A stretch of 64,000 bases of DNA, taken from Antechinus flavipes. Its lineage: Eukaryota. Of this stretch, positions 48,928-63,365 are shown piece by piece (position 1 is the stretch's first letter; each line of letters starts with the position of its first letter). The notes beneath the pieces are model-generated. The model ran no database searches and had not been told where the DNA came from. It was given only the letters and a program-made list of their open reading frames with translations. Where the stretch lies: positions 507,532,001-507,596,000 of the forward strand of contig NC_067399.1 of the NCBI RefSeq assembly GCF_016432865.1, given 5' to 3'. A program made the translations under genes and the position numbers.

Positions 48928-50523
48928 TTTCTTTGTATACTTCATTCTTAACAATTAGGATCCATAATTGACCTTACAACTTCAATATATAGCCTTTCTT
49001 CTAGTACTGTTGTTTTACTTCTTTCTTCCTTATCATCGCATCTTATCAGGAAGCTGATATTGGGCTGAATATCATCCCTTCTGAGCTGGATTCCTTAATC
49101 TTAATCCTATGGCCAACAAAAGATTAAAGTTGAGGAAATCTGATTCCCACATATCTTGCCTGCTGAATCCAGTTTGGTACCAGATGATTCTTTCACTGTA
49201 ATATTGCCTGAAATTGATTCTTTCAGCACTAGTGCAGATCACTAGTGCATTTTCATGGACAAACAAGTCTAATAGACTTCCCATCTATGAATATTGACAA
49301 AGCAGTTAACAGAATCTGAAATCATTAGAGCTCTGGGTATTCACAAAGTATGGATGGCATTTGCAAAGATGCCAGAATTTAACAACACACCGACAATTTG
49401 TCAGTTTGGCCTGATTTGTGTAAGACCTGTACTAGCCAAACCATGATGCTGGAGATGGACTAAAGAGGAAAAAAAAAATCTTCTAATATCAGAGCTCATG
49501 GGGAACTAGCCTTTGGCAGCTGTAACTACTCTTAATTAATAATTAACTAAGGAGTTAATTAATAAGAATCCCTAGTTTTAATAGTCTTAATTTAGTTGGC
49601 ATAGATGAATCATGCATCTATAAAATGATACAAGCCATTTGGGAATTGATTAGACTCCCAGAGATGCTGCCCCTGCTCCCTCTAGTCCCATACATACCCT
49701 CCCTCAAAAAAATCCAGTTGAAATAGAATTCTGACACACACCAGTTACCAGAAGTCTGAAGTAACAGTCAATTAAGTCTTTTTCCCCAGAATGATAGAAT
49801 TAGAATGGATTTTTTTTTGTTTGAAAATGTGAACACAGTGCTTTTGTAACTCTATAGCACATTAAGTGTTTTAAGTTTTCCATTAAAAAGAATTAAGCTT
49901 ATTTATCATTAGATCCAGCTGAGATTTGGTGAACTGTTGTGATGTGATCCCTATGATAGATTTTGGATAGCAATAGCTACCATTCCTGGTATATTTAATG
50001 TATTTTGGTTGAAATAATTATGTTTCTGAAGTCCATGAAATCACTGAGAATGGCACTATGTGATCCCTATATCACCTATCTCATCCTCTATCTGGCATTG
50101 ACTAGAATTAGACATAAAAATATTTTCTCATGAGAACAAATTCTAGAGCCTAGAATCTTCTCAGAAGACATTTCTTACATCCTAGTTACCTGAAGGAAGG
50201 AGACATCCCTGACCAAAGGTTTTGTTTAATATTCCATGAAGAATAAAACAATATAACTATAATGACCAATCTTAGCTCTGGGAATGGGATAAAGAAAAGC
50301 ATCTCTCTCCTTACATAAAATGGGAAGGGGACTATGAGTAGTGAATGTTATATAGACTTCCAAATAATAATTGCTTTATTGGTTTTGCTAAGCCATTTAC
50401 CTTTATTGCAAGGAAATTCTCATAGGAGTAGAGGGACTATAGAAGAAAATGACTTTGATATAGGAAAAAAACATAAAACTTTTTTTTTTGATAGAGAAGA
50501 GCACTATTTTTTTTCTTTTTCTT

Positions 50524-50712
50524 ATTAAAGCTTTTGATTTCAAAACATAGATAGATAGATGCATAGATAGATAGATAATTTTCAGCATTTACCCTTGCAA
50601 AACCAATCCAAATTTTTTCCTTCCCTTCCCATTATTCCTTCCCCTCGATGGCAAGTAATCCAATGTATATTAAACATGTGCAATTCTTCCATACATATTT
50701 CCACAATTATCA
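50524..50712 (-). mobile_element. L1 3' UTR fragment containing a (GATA)n expansion
   Basis: attaaagctttt…acccttgcaaaac…aatccaatgtatattaaacatg is homologous to 35377-35520. Confidence 0.8.
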
Positions 50713-50911
50713 AAGAATAAGACTTTTTAAAAAGTAATGAAAAAGAACCAAAGGTCCAATGCCCCTTCCCATTGCTTTCATTAAATATTTGTTGGGCATG
50801 TCTGTTAACCTCTGGGCCCCAATTTTCTTATAGGTAGAATAAAGTTGGTAGACTCAATGGCTTCCAAAGTCCTTTCTTGTTCTACATCTATGATTCTGTG
50901 ATTGTGATCAA

Positions 50912-51135
50912 AGTCTTATGCTGGATCCAGCTCCACTATGTTGATTGTTAAATTTTCAATGTGAGAATTTACACCTCAGAAATTTGTGCTACAAATAAGA
51001 ACTAGATTTATTGTTTTATCAATTATCTAGACTTGAGAAATATATGGGGAAAATGTTAATAATTGAAAATAAATTTTAGATGGATTGTGTGTACATTCCT
51101 CCCCCTACCTCCATTCTGGGTATTGAACATATAGC
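50912..51135 (+). mobile_element. About 240-bp marsupial TIR element, copy 3
   Basis: tgctggatccagctc…gattgttaaattttcaatgtgagaatttacacctcagaaat…gctacaaat…gatttattgtttt…ctagacttg. Confidence 0.65.
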
Positions 51136-54100
51136 AAAAATTCCCTACTATTAGATAACTATTATACCTGTATCAAGCCATGTTTTTTTTTTTTTCTTTT
51201 TTCTTTTCTTTCTTTCTTTTTATTTCTGCTGGTCCATTTTCCCTAACAGACCACATGGGCTCATTGCCAAAGATAGTCAAGTGTAGCAGCATTTCCTTGC
51301 TCATTGCAACGTGAGTTTGTTATACTGTGGGTGAAATCACATTCTCTGAAATGTAACGAATACAGATGGCAAAAGCCTGATATAGTATAGAGAGCAGATG
51401 TAAAGCCCAGTCTTTCTGACAGACATAAGTTTTTATTATAACAAAAACAGCTCCTAATCCTGTCATACTTTAAGGTTCACAAGTATTTTCTGCACAACAG
51501 TTCTGTGTTGTTATCCCTATTATACAGATAAGAAAACTAAGGTATATGGTGTCTAAAACAGCTTGCCCTACATCACACAGTTAATAAGCATCAGAGCCAG
51601 GATCTGGCCTTGTTAATCTTTTCACTTCAAAACCAGTATTCTTTCCATTGTACCAAGCTGCTGCTTTTATATAAAGCAATCTCACTGTATAATGAATACT
51701 CTTGGTGGCTGGCCTCCCCAGTTTGCTGCTACGAGGTCCTGGAGCTCAGCTTCAAGGCAATTTCAGCATGAAAAGGGTTAGCTGATTTATGTGCAATTGG
51801 TGTCTGGCATGTACTATATTAGTTTTGAAAATAACCACAGGCTTGTGAGTAACAGTTTATGCTGGGTGAGTAGTAAAGAATTCATTTATTTCACTGTGTC
51901 TCTACCTCCTGGGAGCAAGGCATGCTGGTAAAGTAAATTTGTGGGCTAATAAATGTTCAAAACTTATTTGCAAGGTTATACAAAAACTGTTTTATAAACA
52001 TATTTATCAGGTTCATGCCAAAAATGGTGTCATAATATGAGAAATGGTGATATTTCTTATAGATCATACCTACATACATATATGTATATAAACATTTATA
52101 TATGTGTATATGCATATACACATACATGTATATATAAATATATGTGTATATATACACATATGTATGCATGTTTATAGTTCAATACTTTAAGGCTCATTTT
52201 ATCCAAGTCGATGCTTCTTCCACCATAAAGATTACAAAATCATCTATGCCTTAATAATCTCAATATGCTCTCGTAAGGAAGAAGGAAGACCATAATAATA
52301 CCTCTTTTGATGGACTACTGTTCTAGTGAACTTAGGATCTCTGAGCAAGAAGGAATCTTAGAGATCATCTAATAGAAATCCCATATTTTACACAGGAGGA
52401 AACTGAGTTCCATAGGCAGGAAAGTGACTCCCCTAAGAAAATATAGCGGGATATGGTAGAATCAGGATTAGAACACAGGTTTCTTGTTTCATAGCCCTGT
52501 GTTTTCTCATTCTAAAGCACTGTATGTCAATCCTAAGCAAGCCTAACCTTTTGGCAATCCACATGCAACTTCACCCTGGATGTGCATTTGAAGCCTTTTT
52601 ACCTCAGTCAGACAGGACTGTACTCTGCTAGTGCAGAGAATGTAGGATCAACTCCATGTCATGATAAGACATTGGAAGAAAACTTTAGTAAGATGTAGGA
52701 AAAAATATTTATGTCTTCATAATATACATAATGTAACTTAATACATGTCATGATATGTAACATGAAATCATAACATGATATATAACAGCATATATAAAAC
52801 ATGATATAACATGATATTGAGGGGGTTCTAAACCATAGAATAATAAAATTGAAATACTCATCCAGGAAGCTCATTTAGTCTCTGAGTAGGTAGATGCTGA
52901 ACTGTATTTATGTCAGACATATGGGGAGAATTTGCTTTCATTCTTTCCTAATTCTATAAGAAAAAAAAGTTTAGGTAATGGGATCTCTGTGATGAGAAGC
53001 AAGATGGATGGATAGTGAGAGAAATTCTATTGTGTTGTTCTCTAGAGATCACACAATGATGCCCACACAACTTGATACAGGAGACTGAGTACTGGCTTTA
53101 GGGTCAGAGGACCCTAATGAGTTTAGCAACTCACTAGCTATGTCACCTTAGGTAGGGTTTTTAACTTCCCTGAATTTTGCTTAAAGGGATATGATAGAAG
53201 ATTTTCATGAAAAATAGCAATGAACTATTCTAACAGTCTATTAGTTAACATGTTGTTTAGTAGAGGCCTTTTAGGGGCCTACTTTAATAAATAGTTAAAT
53301 GTTTAATAGAAATACCTTGGTTATTTCCACAAACAGGAATGCCTTGGAAAGTGTCTGAGATGGTTTGGAAAGAGTGATGGACTTTCTGACAAAAAGCACG
53401 ATCCCATAGAAAGTAGCATGAGCACGATCTCATAGAAAGTAGTATGAGCTCCTTGAAGTATAGAATCCTCTAATCCCAAAATAAAAGTGTGAACTGAATA
53501 ATCCAGAGTTCCTGTAGTTGAGGGGAAGGGAGGAGAGTTGGCACAAAAATACTTACAGATTTAGAGCTAGCAGATCATAGAGGTCATTGAGGCAAATCCC
53601 TGAGAAGTTCAGTGACTCTTCAGTGGCAAGGGACAGGACTTTCCCTTCAATATGACCTTTCTACTATTCTTGTTTAGTCATTTTTAAATTTTGTTTCATT
53701 CTTTGTGACCTCATTTGGCAACGATGCTAGAGTAAGTCATTTCCAGATGCGGAAATAGGCTGCCCAAGGTCACACAGGTAGTAAGTATCTGAGATTGTGT
53801 TTGAATTCAAGAAAATTCTTCCCGGATCCAGACCTGGGATTCAATCCACTGGACTAGCACACATTTTCTATCCCTTTAGTTGGAGGCACTTAGGTTTGTG
53901 TCTTTTATCTCTTCAGTTTGGTGCAATCAAGGCTATTGGAATTCCAAATTTATTCTTCCATGAGGACAACACTATAAAAATATTTTTTAAAAAAGTGCAG
54001 GCATTCTGAAAACCTCTAGAAAGTTTTATTATTATTATTTTCCTGACTACTGATTCTTTCCTGTGGCAAAGATAGAATGTGTCAAGATAAAGGTTTCTGT

Positions 54101-54410
54101 GAAAGATATGGAGTTATTTTCTCCATAACCATTCTGAATTCATGTTCAGAGTTTTGTTCACCAACCTGTTCCAAATCCTAGACTATGAGATTCATGCTCT
54201 TTCATTTCATCCTGATTTTAAGATAAAGACTTGCTGGTTTCATCTCAAATATTTTTCAGTAAATTACTATTGTGTATGCCCTCTGACATCTACTCTACAT
54301 GGCAGTAGTCAGTCCAGCAATCTCTTACCTAGTCTTCAGAAAAATCATTCTGTAGTTTAAATCACAATTTTTTTTTATTTGCAAGACATCTCCCTTTTTC
54401 TTTGGAGAGC

Positions 54411-54411
<1 letters not shown>

Positions 54412-54455
<44 letters not shown>
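54412..54455. repeat. (TG)n microsatellite
   Basis: Seen directly. Confidence 0.95.
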
Positions 54456-54457
<2 letters not shown>

Positions 54458-55124
54458 TATGAAATAAGCCAGTAATGTAACACAACTGCTTAAAAAACAA
54501 ACAAACAAAAAGTAGCACCATATTTGACCAAGGACACCAAGTTAAGGTAATGATTTGGGAACCAATCGATCAAGTACTAAATTTTAAGAAGAAGTTTCTT
54601 GTGGGAGAAGAGGCCAGCTAGAATTATTTATTGTGCCTTTAATCCAGCAGCTGGAACTGACTTATGTACCTATCAACTCCTCATCAGCTAAGTCGGAGAG
54701 TCCCATATGTCTGACTTGAGCTAAGTAAACAGTGTGGGAGACATATCATGGGCCCGTTTTCACAGTAGTCTTGGAAAATGGATAGCCTGGTTTGAAATGC
54801 AGCCTCTGTCTTACAGCTCAGGGAACGTACTTTATGCAGATAAATCATTGGTCTCTTTTAAGGTCTGTTGTTCATTTTTCTCAAGCTATGTTACTGTTTC
54901 AGGTCAATTCAGTTCAATCCAACAAGCATTTATTAAATGCCTATACTGATGAAATTATAAATATGACCCCAAAATGTGCCAGATATTGTGCTTAGTGCTG
55001 GAAATAAAAAGAGGAAATAAACATCAGCCACTGCTCTGAAGAAATGTATATTTTTACCTAATAACATTTGAGAATGGACTATCCACCAACAAGAAAGGAG
55101 ATCCTGAAAAGCTTTCCATAAGAG

Positions 55125-55318
55125 GTGGTGTTTGTCCTTCCTCTCAAAAAGGACCATGAGATGAAAATGAATTGAATTTAAGTAGGGAGGGCTGTGTAAG
55201 GTCACCAACCTCTGGATCCATCCAGGTCCAGTGGTCAGATATAGATCAAAATTAGATGGCCCTGGATGCAGTGGGAGATCTTGGCCTTTTTAAGCTCAGG
55301 TCTTCAATAGGTCTCTGG
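55125..55318 (-). mobile_element. RTE-related marsupial SINE (WALLSI-like)
   Basis: Reverse-complement homologue of 60820-61085; tgtttgtccttc tail. Confidence 0.6.
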
Positions 55319-57489
55319 AGGTAGTCCTTGAACAGTACTTTCAGGGAAGCTGAGGTTTCTAAGAGACAAAGATAAAAAAGTAACTTCTAGGTATAAGGAA
55401 TAGGCAGGCTGTATAAGGAAAGGCACAGTGTTAGGAGATAGCATTCTAAATTCAGGAAAAGGAAATAAGCATTTATTAAGCACTTGCTAGGTAGGTACCC
55501 AGCACTGTGCTAAGCATTTTACAAATATCTCATTTGATCCTCACTTAAAAGGTATCATATCCCCATTTTGCAACTGATGAAACTTGAAATCAAGTGATTT
55601 ACTTAAGGTCACTCAGTTAGTGTCTGACTGAATTTAAATATCCAGGGATCAGTTTGGATAGAAATCAGAATACAAAAAGAGGAATAATGTTCAGTAAGTC
55701 TGGAACCATTGTAAAGGGTTTTCATTGCCCAAACTGAAAAATTTACATTTTATCCTAAAGATAATTAGGAGCTACTGAAAATTGTTAAGCTGGAGAATAG
55801 TATGATTAGGTCTGTGCTCAAAAAAGATTATTTTGATGGTTTTGGTGGAGAATAGATTGAAGAAAGTAGAAAGTAGATACAAGGAGACCAACTAAACTAG
55901 TTACTGAAAACTGAAAATTTTTTTTCTACTAGATTTATCTTCAAAATTAACATCCCATAATAATTGTTCTAAATCCAGAATGATTACTCTTCCCTATGAA
56001 TCACTTTAGAGAACACTAGCAGTTGTATTTATTCCACCTTTATTTTCTTAAAAAAGAAAAATAGTTGAGTGAGGAAGCATTGGTGAGTTGCAGATCTGCC
56101 TCTCATACTGGCACAAGATTCTGATAATATGTGCAAAAACTTTGAGAGGATACATTTATTTGTGTGAACTTGCATCTGCTCCACTATGTTCACACACAAA
56201 GATACACAGATATACTGACACACAGATACAGACACATAAATACACAAAACTTCCTTGCTGAAACATTCTTCCATTCATCCTTTTCTTTCTGCTTATTCGC
56301 TCAGAACTCTGTCCAAAATCCCAAAGTTTTACTTAAGCTCAGAGAACATAGCTACATCTCTCTATATTACAAATCCTGTGAGAACTATCTTAAATTTTCA
56401 TTTTCTTGTCTATAGATGGGGAAAAAATAGATGATATATCTTCTTTAGGAATCAAGTGTTTTCTGAAATTGAATAAATTCAACTGAGTAGTTTCGAATAT
56501 GGAATAGTAGAACTTGAATATAATAGTTATTGAAAGATTACCCTCTGAAGTAAATGGCTTTACAGAACACCTCTAAAATGTTCATGGAGATGGAGAAGAG
56601 AGAGTTCACCTACCTTTTTTATGTACAGTTGTGTTTGGTCTTGTGTATGTAGTTAAAACTTCACTGACTTCAACTAGTTTAAAGGATATATATTATATAA
56701 CAATATATCTAACATAATAAAATAATTAAAATAATATTTTTAAGGATATACAACAGTAGAACTTGCTAACAAAATTCATTAAAGTGTCATCTAGCAGAAA
56801 TTTGGAAGGCTGCCTTAATATATAAATAGATATGTGGTTTCAAATCATCTTTTTGGTTATTTTTGACATAAATTAATATCTTGGAAGTATTTTAGGGGGC
56901 TTGGAAAGAATGTTTATTTGTATATTTGATAGGTTGCTAAGTAATGGTTAAAGTCAGTCTGATCCTTTTCTGGATGATCACATATTCCAAACAACTAGTT
57001 TTCAATTTATGATTATATATTTTAGACCTGGTTAGGCAGCAGTGTAGACTGATGGTCCATAGGTTATCCTAGGAAGGGTTAGGATTAAGTCAGAGCTGGC
57101 ATTGGAGTCAGAGCCTGAAGTGCATTTAGAGAGTGTTAGGGTAAGAGAACATGGATCCTTTGAAAAAGAAAAAAAAAAAAAACCTCTATTAAGAGTTTTG
57201 GTTCATTTGGGTTTGTCAATGAATTTTTGTCTCACTGTGCAAATAGTCTGTCAATTTTAGTATGACAAATTAGAAAAAGAATTTGTGGATTGACAAGATG
57301 ACCATCACTGCCTCCTTCCAACATAAAATCCCATATTCCCTCCTTTGCTCAAAATGTTGCTATTGCTAGAATGCCATTCTCTTCTACCTCCGGATCTTTC
57401 CAGAGGCCTTTCCAATTAGCTTAACCAAACATAATTTTTTTTCCCTTCTCTGAATGTGGATTGTATTTATTTATAGCTTGTGCTACATA

Positions 57490-57995
57490 GTGAAGTGCTT
57501 TGCTGCAGCTCTCTCTGACTTTCAGCATCAAATACAAAAGCCTTTGTTTGGCTTTTAAAGCCTTTCTTAACCCGGTCCTATCCTACCTTCCAACCTTCCT
57601 ATACCTTAATCCATTTCATCTAATCTATATGTCAATGGCACTGTCCTCCTTGCTGTTTCTCACGCAAGATATTCTCTCCCAACTCCCGGAATTTTGGCTG
57701 GCTCTCCCATCTGCCCTCCTTGGCGCCACCTCCTGGCTTCCCTCAACTCTCAGCCATAGTCTCACTTTCTGGGAGAAGCCTTGCACAACCCTTTTTAATG
57801 CTAGTCCTTCCCCACTGTTGTTTTTCTCCAGTTTATCCTATACGTATCTTGTTGGTGTATAGTTGTTTGCATAGTGTGTCCCTCTTTTGGCCATGAAATC
57901 CTTGGGAGTGGGGACTGACTTTTGCTTTATCCCTGGTATTTAGAATAGTGTCGGACATGTAGAAAGTCCTTAATAAATGCTTGGGCACTTGACTT
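57490..57995 (+). mobile_element. L2 LINE 3' end
   Basis: cagcatcaaatacaaaagcctttgtttggcttttaaagcc…tagaaagtccttaataaatgcttgg…gacttga; explains ORF 57500..57862. Confidence 0.75.
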
Positions 57996-58028
57996 GATGG
58001 TGTGCCATCTTTCATTGTTCTCTGATAC

Positions 58029-58029
<1 letters not shown>

Positions 58030-58068
<39 letters not shown>
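58030..58068. repeat. (TG)n microsatellite, about 160 nt upstream of exon 12
   Basis: Seen directly. Confidence 0.95.
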
Positions 58069-58072
<4 letters not shown>

Positions 58073-58230
58073 TTGGATAACACCCTAACCAGATTTCAAA
58101 CTCCTTGAGTGAGAATCATGCCTTCTAATTCCTTTTTACTTCCTAGAGCAACAAATGCAGGGCTAGAAATGAAGGAGGGACTGTTTGGAACCATGTCTTA
58201 ATTAACTTTGTTTTCATCCCATTACAATAG

Positions 58231-58383
<153 letters not shown>

Positions 58384-59797
58384 TGAGCGCAAGTCATTGA
58401 GCCTATCCATCCCTTCAGTGGGCTTTATGATGCTCTTTTGGTCCCAATCCTGTCCTTTACCATAAATGTTTTCTGCCTATTATGAAAGTGGCCAGCTAAG
58501 ACCACATGGATGGCTTAATGCAACCTATTCTCATTACTGGAGAAGAACTCACTGGCGAGATAATTAAAATAAGTTAGGCATCCCCTAAGGCAGGGGTAGG
58601 GGATGTTCAGCCATGGGTTGTATAAGGCCTGGGAAATTATTTGATCTGGTCCTGCCAAGGCAGTTAGTGATGAGCTGAAATCTAGGTACAACAACTTCAC
58701 ACTCCTTGAGTTTCTAAGTTGATCATTTTGTATGTCCTGTGAAAGAGATATCCAAATGGCCTTTGGAAGAATCAAGATTCCTCATTCCTGACCTAAGGGC
58801 TACCTTTGAAAACTGCATGAATATGGAGACATTATACTTCTTTATACTCTTACACTTTATCACGCGGAGGAAGGAATTTACACTATAGTCTCTGTAGGCT
58901 GCTTTTGCAGAGAGTGGAGAAGTCCATGTGACATGAATAGAGAGACATTTCAGTCCCCAAAGGTAGACAGGAAACAAAGTAGCCAACCTGCTTTAGGTTT
59001 AGACAGAGTATCTAAATCTAAACCTCTTGAGTCCATTCAGCTGTCGTTACTCTGCTAAGGTACAAAAACATGCTCTACTTTTCCCATCCATTATTCTGGT
59101 TCTTTGCCAAACAGGACACTTTGTTTGATTTCCTGAGTTTTTCACAGGAGATTCATGACTCTATGTCAGCTTTTGCAACATCTCCCTCTCTGGATCATTT
59201 TCCTGTTTATATAGAAAGGTATATCTTAATATTCTAATGTACTAAGAAAGGAAAAAAAAAAGAACTTATTTACATATCATACTAATCAGAAGCTGAAGAG
59301 GGGACAAAGTTTGTTAATAAAATAGAATGACTACTTATAGTATAGTGAGTCCTAGAATAGGGTTGGAAGAGAAGAACTTTCTCCTCTCCATTGAGGACCA
59401 TCCACTCTTAGTTTCTGGATTTATAATTTAGCATAATTGGGATAACAGCGAGATAATGAAAAAGCTGACAGAGGGTTTTGATTCTCCTTGAAAAAACATT
59501 CAAGATAACAAGCAGAATACCCTTCTCAATGGAACATCAAAATAATGGAAGATAAAAGCACAATAAGACTTTGAGCTTCTGGCATATTCAAATGGATTCT
59601 GGGTCTTAATACATATAATACATATAATACATATCTACTCCAGGGAGTAGAAATCTGGATCAAGATACTCTTGGATTCTCTCAACCAATTTGAATGATTT
59701 TTGTGGCTCCTTTTGACCAACTTGATCATTCCCTATAGGCCTTGAAGATTGTCAGTGTTAGGATGGGATAAGATGTACTTCCTACATGTTGGGGTAA

Positions 59798-60019
<222 letters not shown>

Positions 60020-60819
60020 TAGTTGGGTTGGGTTGCATAGAAGTAAGAAGTAAGAAATAATTTTTCTCATATTGTAATTCTGAAGACGGTTCTTATTTTT
60101 TATGGAGAGAAAATTAAAGAAGGGGTGGTGGTGGTTGTAACTAATTAACATCTGCCCAGGTTCTATTAATTGCACAGCATTGGACAAAAGTATCTTTGAA
60201 TGATTTATGATTTATATCATGGAGTTTAAGGAAATAGCCATAGGAGAATTCTATTGCTATCATAGATTTAGAATTGGAAAGAATCACAAGAGTCCATCTA
60301 GTCTAATCTTTTAATTTTATAGGTGACAAAACTGAAGTCAATAGTTAGTAAATAGAAGAGTCAGAATTTGAACTCAGCTCCTCCAAGCACTTGGGGCCAC
60401 AGTAAATAGAGAACTGGGCCTGGAGTTAGGAAGACCTGAATTCAGATCCAACTTTACAAACTTATTAGCTATGGGACTCTTGACAAGTAACTCAACTTCT
60501 GCCTGCCTCAGTTTCCTTGGCTGTAAAATGGGGACAATAATAGCACCTATCTTCCAGGGTTGTTGTTGAGAGAATAGAATGAAATAATATTTATAAAACA
60601 CTTAGCACAGTGTTTGGGATAAAACAGGCATTTAATAATTATTTCTGTCCTTTGATTTCTCTTCCTCTCCCTCTGACTCCATTTCAAATCTTTTTTTCTC
60701 TACTGTATCATAGCAACCCTAGTTCTTTTAGCCTTAAAATTTTGAACTCTATTAAAATATTAATCACTTTTTAAAATTCTTGTCTAACCTTTAGTCACTG
60801 AATGAGCATTGCCTAGATA

Positions 60820-60933
60820 AACTGAGACCTGGGAAAGACTTTAATCTAGAAAGGCCTAGGTTAGCCTCTGCATCCCAGGTTACTACCAGTCATCTGGACT
60901 TTTGTCTTGCCATGAGACTGTGATGACTCTGAA

Positions 60934-60984
<51 letters not shown>

Positions 60985-61085
60985 CTGATGATTTTGTACA
61001 GCTTTGCCTCACTGAAATCCAATTCATTCAAGAGTCAAGACATTACCAACACAGTGTCACTGGTCCTCTTCAAGGAATGAAGAAT
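60820..61085 (+). mobile_element. RTE-related marsupial SINE (WALLSI-like) with an internal (GA)n at 60939-60984
   Basis: tgcatcccagg…ccagtcatctgga…ctcactgaaatccaattca…ggtcctcttcaag. Confidence 0.6.
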
Positions 61086-62387
61086 ATACAATAAGAATAC
61101 ACTGGGGAGATAACTTGTTAAAGTGCCATCAGTCATGTATATCTCATTGTGGATGAGGGTCACAGTTATTCTTGAGAGCTGGCCTTTCAAGGGATTTAAT
61201 ATAAGGACACTAACTGTCTGAGGGGATAGAAAGACATTCACTGAGAGGTGAAAGTATCTGAGTAGCAAGCAGAAGGAAGAATAAGTGAGAGAAGATGGGG
61301 ATAAAGAAACATTCTGCCAACTGGACCATAACTCTGTTTTCATAATTTTGTCTCATATGAACACTGGAAAGAGAATGGAAAGAAAGACAGAAGGAGATAG
61401 CTGTCTGGGCATTAAAAACTACCATCCACATGGTAGACTAAATTCTTGAGAAGTGGAGTCCAAAAAGGAAATTTTTCTTCTCTTATTACTCTTGTTTTCC
61501 ATTGCTTCACTCAATTAGCTAATTGCATTTTTAATTGATGTATCTCCAGATTGCTGATTGCTCATGATAAGAGCAAATGCTGCCCGGGTGGGTGATCCTT
61601 CAGAGCGGCTCCCTTAATGGGACGTCATAAAGAAGGCTCTAAATAATCCAGTGTTTGTGCAATATTTATGGTGCTCTGAGTGCAGCCCCGAGTAGATGTT
61701 AATTATTGGAGCGCATGGATAATTACAGGACATTTTAAGTATCAAGTGGTTGCTATGGAACAAATTGTCCAAGTGATGTAATATACTATGTGGCAGCATC
61801 CATTACCTAGGAAGGGATTTATGGACTGGGTGCTGCCTATATTGATTTTTAATCTGTGTATTTTTTAAAAGTTTAAATAGAATTAGTGATGTGCTTATGG
61901 AGATGGTTTTTTTAAAAAAGCAAAAACCTTCCTAAATGAAAATGGCATCCTGGGGAGAAGAGATGGGTCTGTGCCCCAGTAAGGCGGGTTGCATATATCT
62001 TCTGGAAATTGCCTGCAAAGTCCTCCTTAGACACAGTTAGGAAGCTCAAATTCAGGTGGGAAATTGGAAGAAGTGATTGTGGCAGACTTTGAGGAATGGT
62101 GATAAAGATAAACTTTCTGCAAATGCAATAGATTTATAAAGTCATAGAATTGGTATTTTATAGAATCATAAAGATATAATCCAATCTCTTTATTGTAGAA
62201 TGAGGAAGGTGAAGATTAGAAAGTTACTGAGGGTAATACAGGCAAGAAAATAGCAGAACTGGGATTAAAACAATATTTTTTATTCAAAATTTAATGGTCT
62301 TTTTACTATACCACATAATGCAATCTGTTCTTACACACTGGTAATGACTAAACATGATGTGATTTTAGAAACATAAGAAAGACCTAA

Positions 62388-62388
<1 letters not shown>

Positions 62389-62462
<74 letters not shown>
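62389..62462. repeat. (CT)n microsatellite
   Basis: Seen directly. Confidence 0.95.
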
Positions 62463-62466
<4 letters not shown>

Positions 62467-63308
62467 ATCTCTGTCTAATTTGTCTATCTGTCTTTTTCTT
62501 ATTCTTTGTTTAAGTCTTAGAGTCCTTTTAATCAAGACAAAAAGTTTTGCATTCCCTCCCAAAGATAATAAGCTTCAAATGAAAATTTCTGGTTTGACTT
62601 TCTAGTTAATTTTTAAGTGACAGAGATCAGAGCCCTTCTGGAGAACAGGTTTTTGAAAAGGGAATTATGGAAAGGAATGGTAGGTTCCTAAGTACTGTTT
62701 GAAATACAAAACTGATAATAAATATCTCTAAAATGTCTTCTGTATGCAGAATAAGAAAGAAATTCCAAAGTTTATCTAAGATATGGCCCTTACTTTCATG
62801 AAACTGATAATCCAATACAGATAATTAAAACATAAATCAGTAAGGTGATAGTGCAGGTTCCATGAGGTCCCAGAATGAAGATTATTCATTAATAACTAGG
62901 GGGGATCAGGGAAAGCTTTGTGAAGTTGATGATGGATTTGGAATTTGAAGAGTAAAATTTAACAGGTAGAGAGTGGGAAAAGGAAGACATTCCAGATATA
63001 GGAGATACCTTAAATAGGAGAGAATAAGGTATGTTGAGAAGGATGAGACAGGAAGAAGTCCAATTCAGCTGTATTCGATACCCAGTATTTCCTAGAAGCT
63101 GGTACTGCCAGCACCTTAAGATAAGCAATAGATCTGAAAGTTTCCTGTGAGTGCTTCCAGCCCTTCTCTTTAAAAGAAAATGATCATTGAAAAGGGATTG
63201 AAGGAACTTGCTATGTTTCTCAGCAATTTCCTCTCTAGATACTTTTCCATGCCTATTTATATGTACTCACTAACAACATTTGAGAATCTTTTCTTCTTTT
63301 TCTTGCAG

Positions 63309-63365
63309 TTGGCCCTAAGGGGACCAGCAGGCCCAATGGGTCTTACTGGGAGGCCAGGTCCTGTG
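63309..63365 (+). CDS. COL5A1: COL5A1 exon 14 (57 nt): LALRGPAGPMGLTGRPGPV; start of the major triple helix
   Basis: ttgcag|TTG acceptor, branch-point-like CACTAAC at 63268-63274, and GTG|gtaagt donor; identical to the human peptide. Confidence 0.97.
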
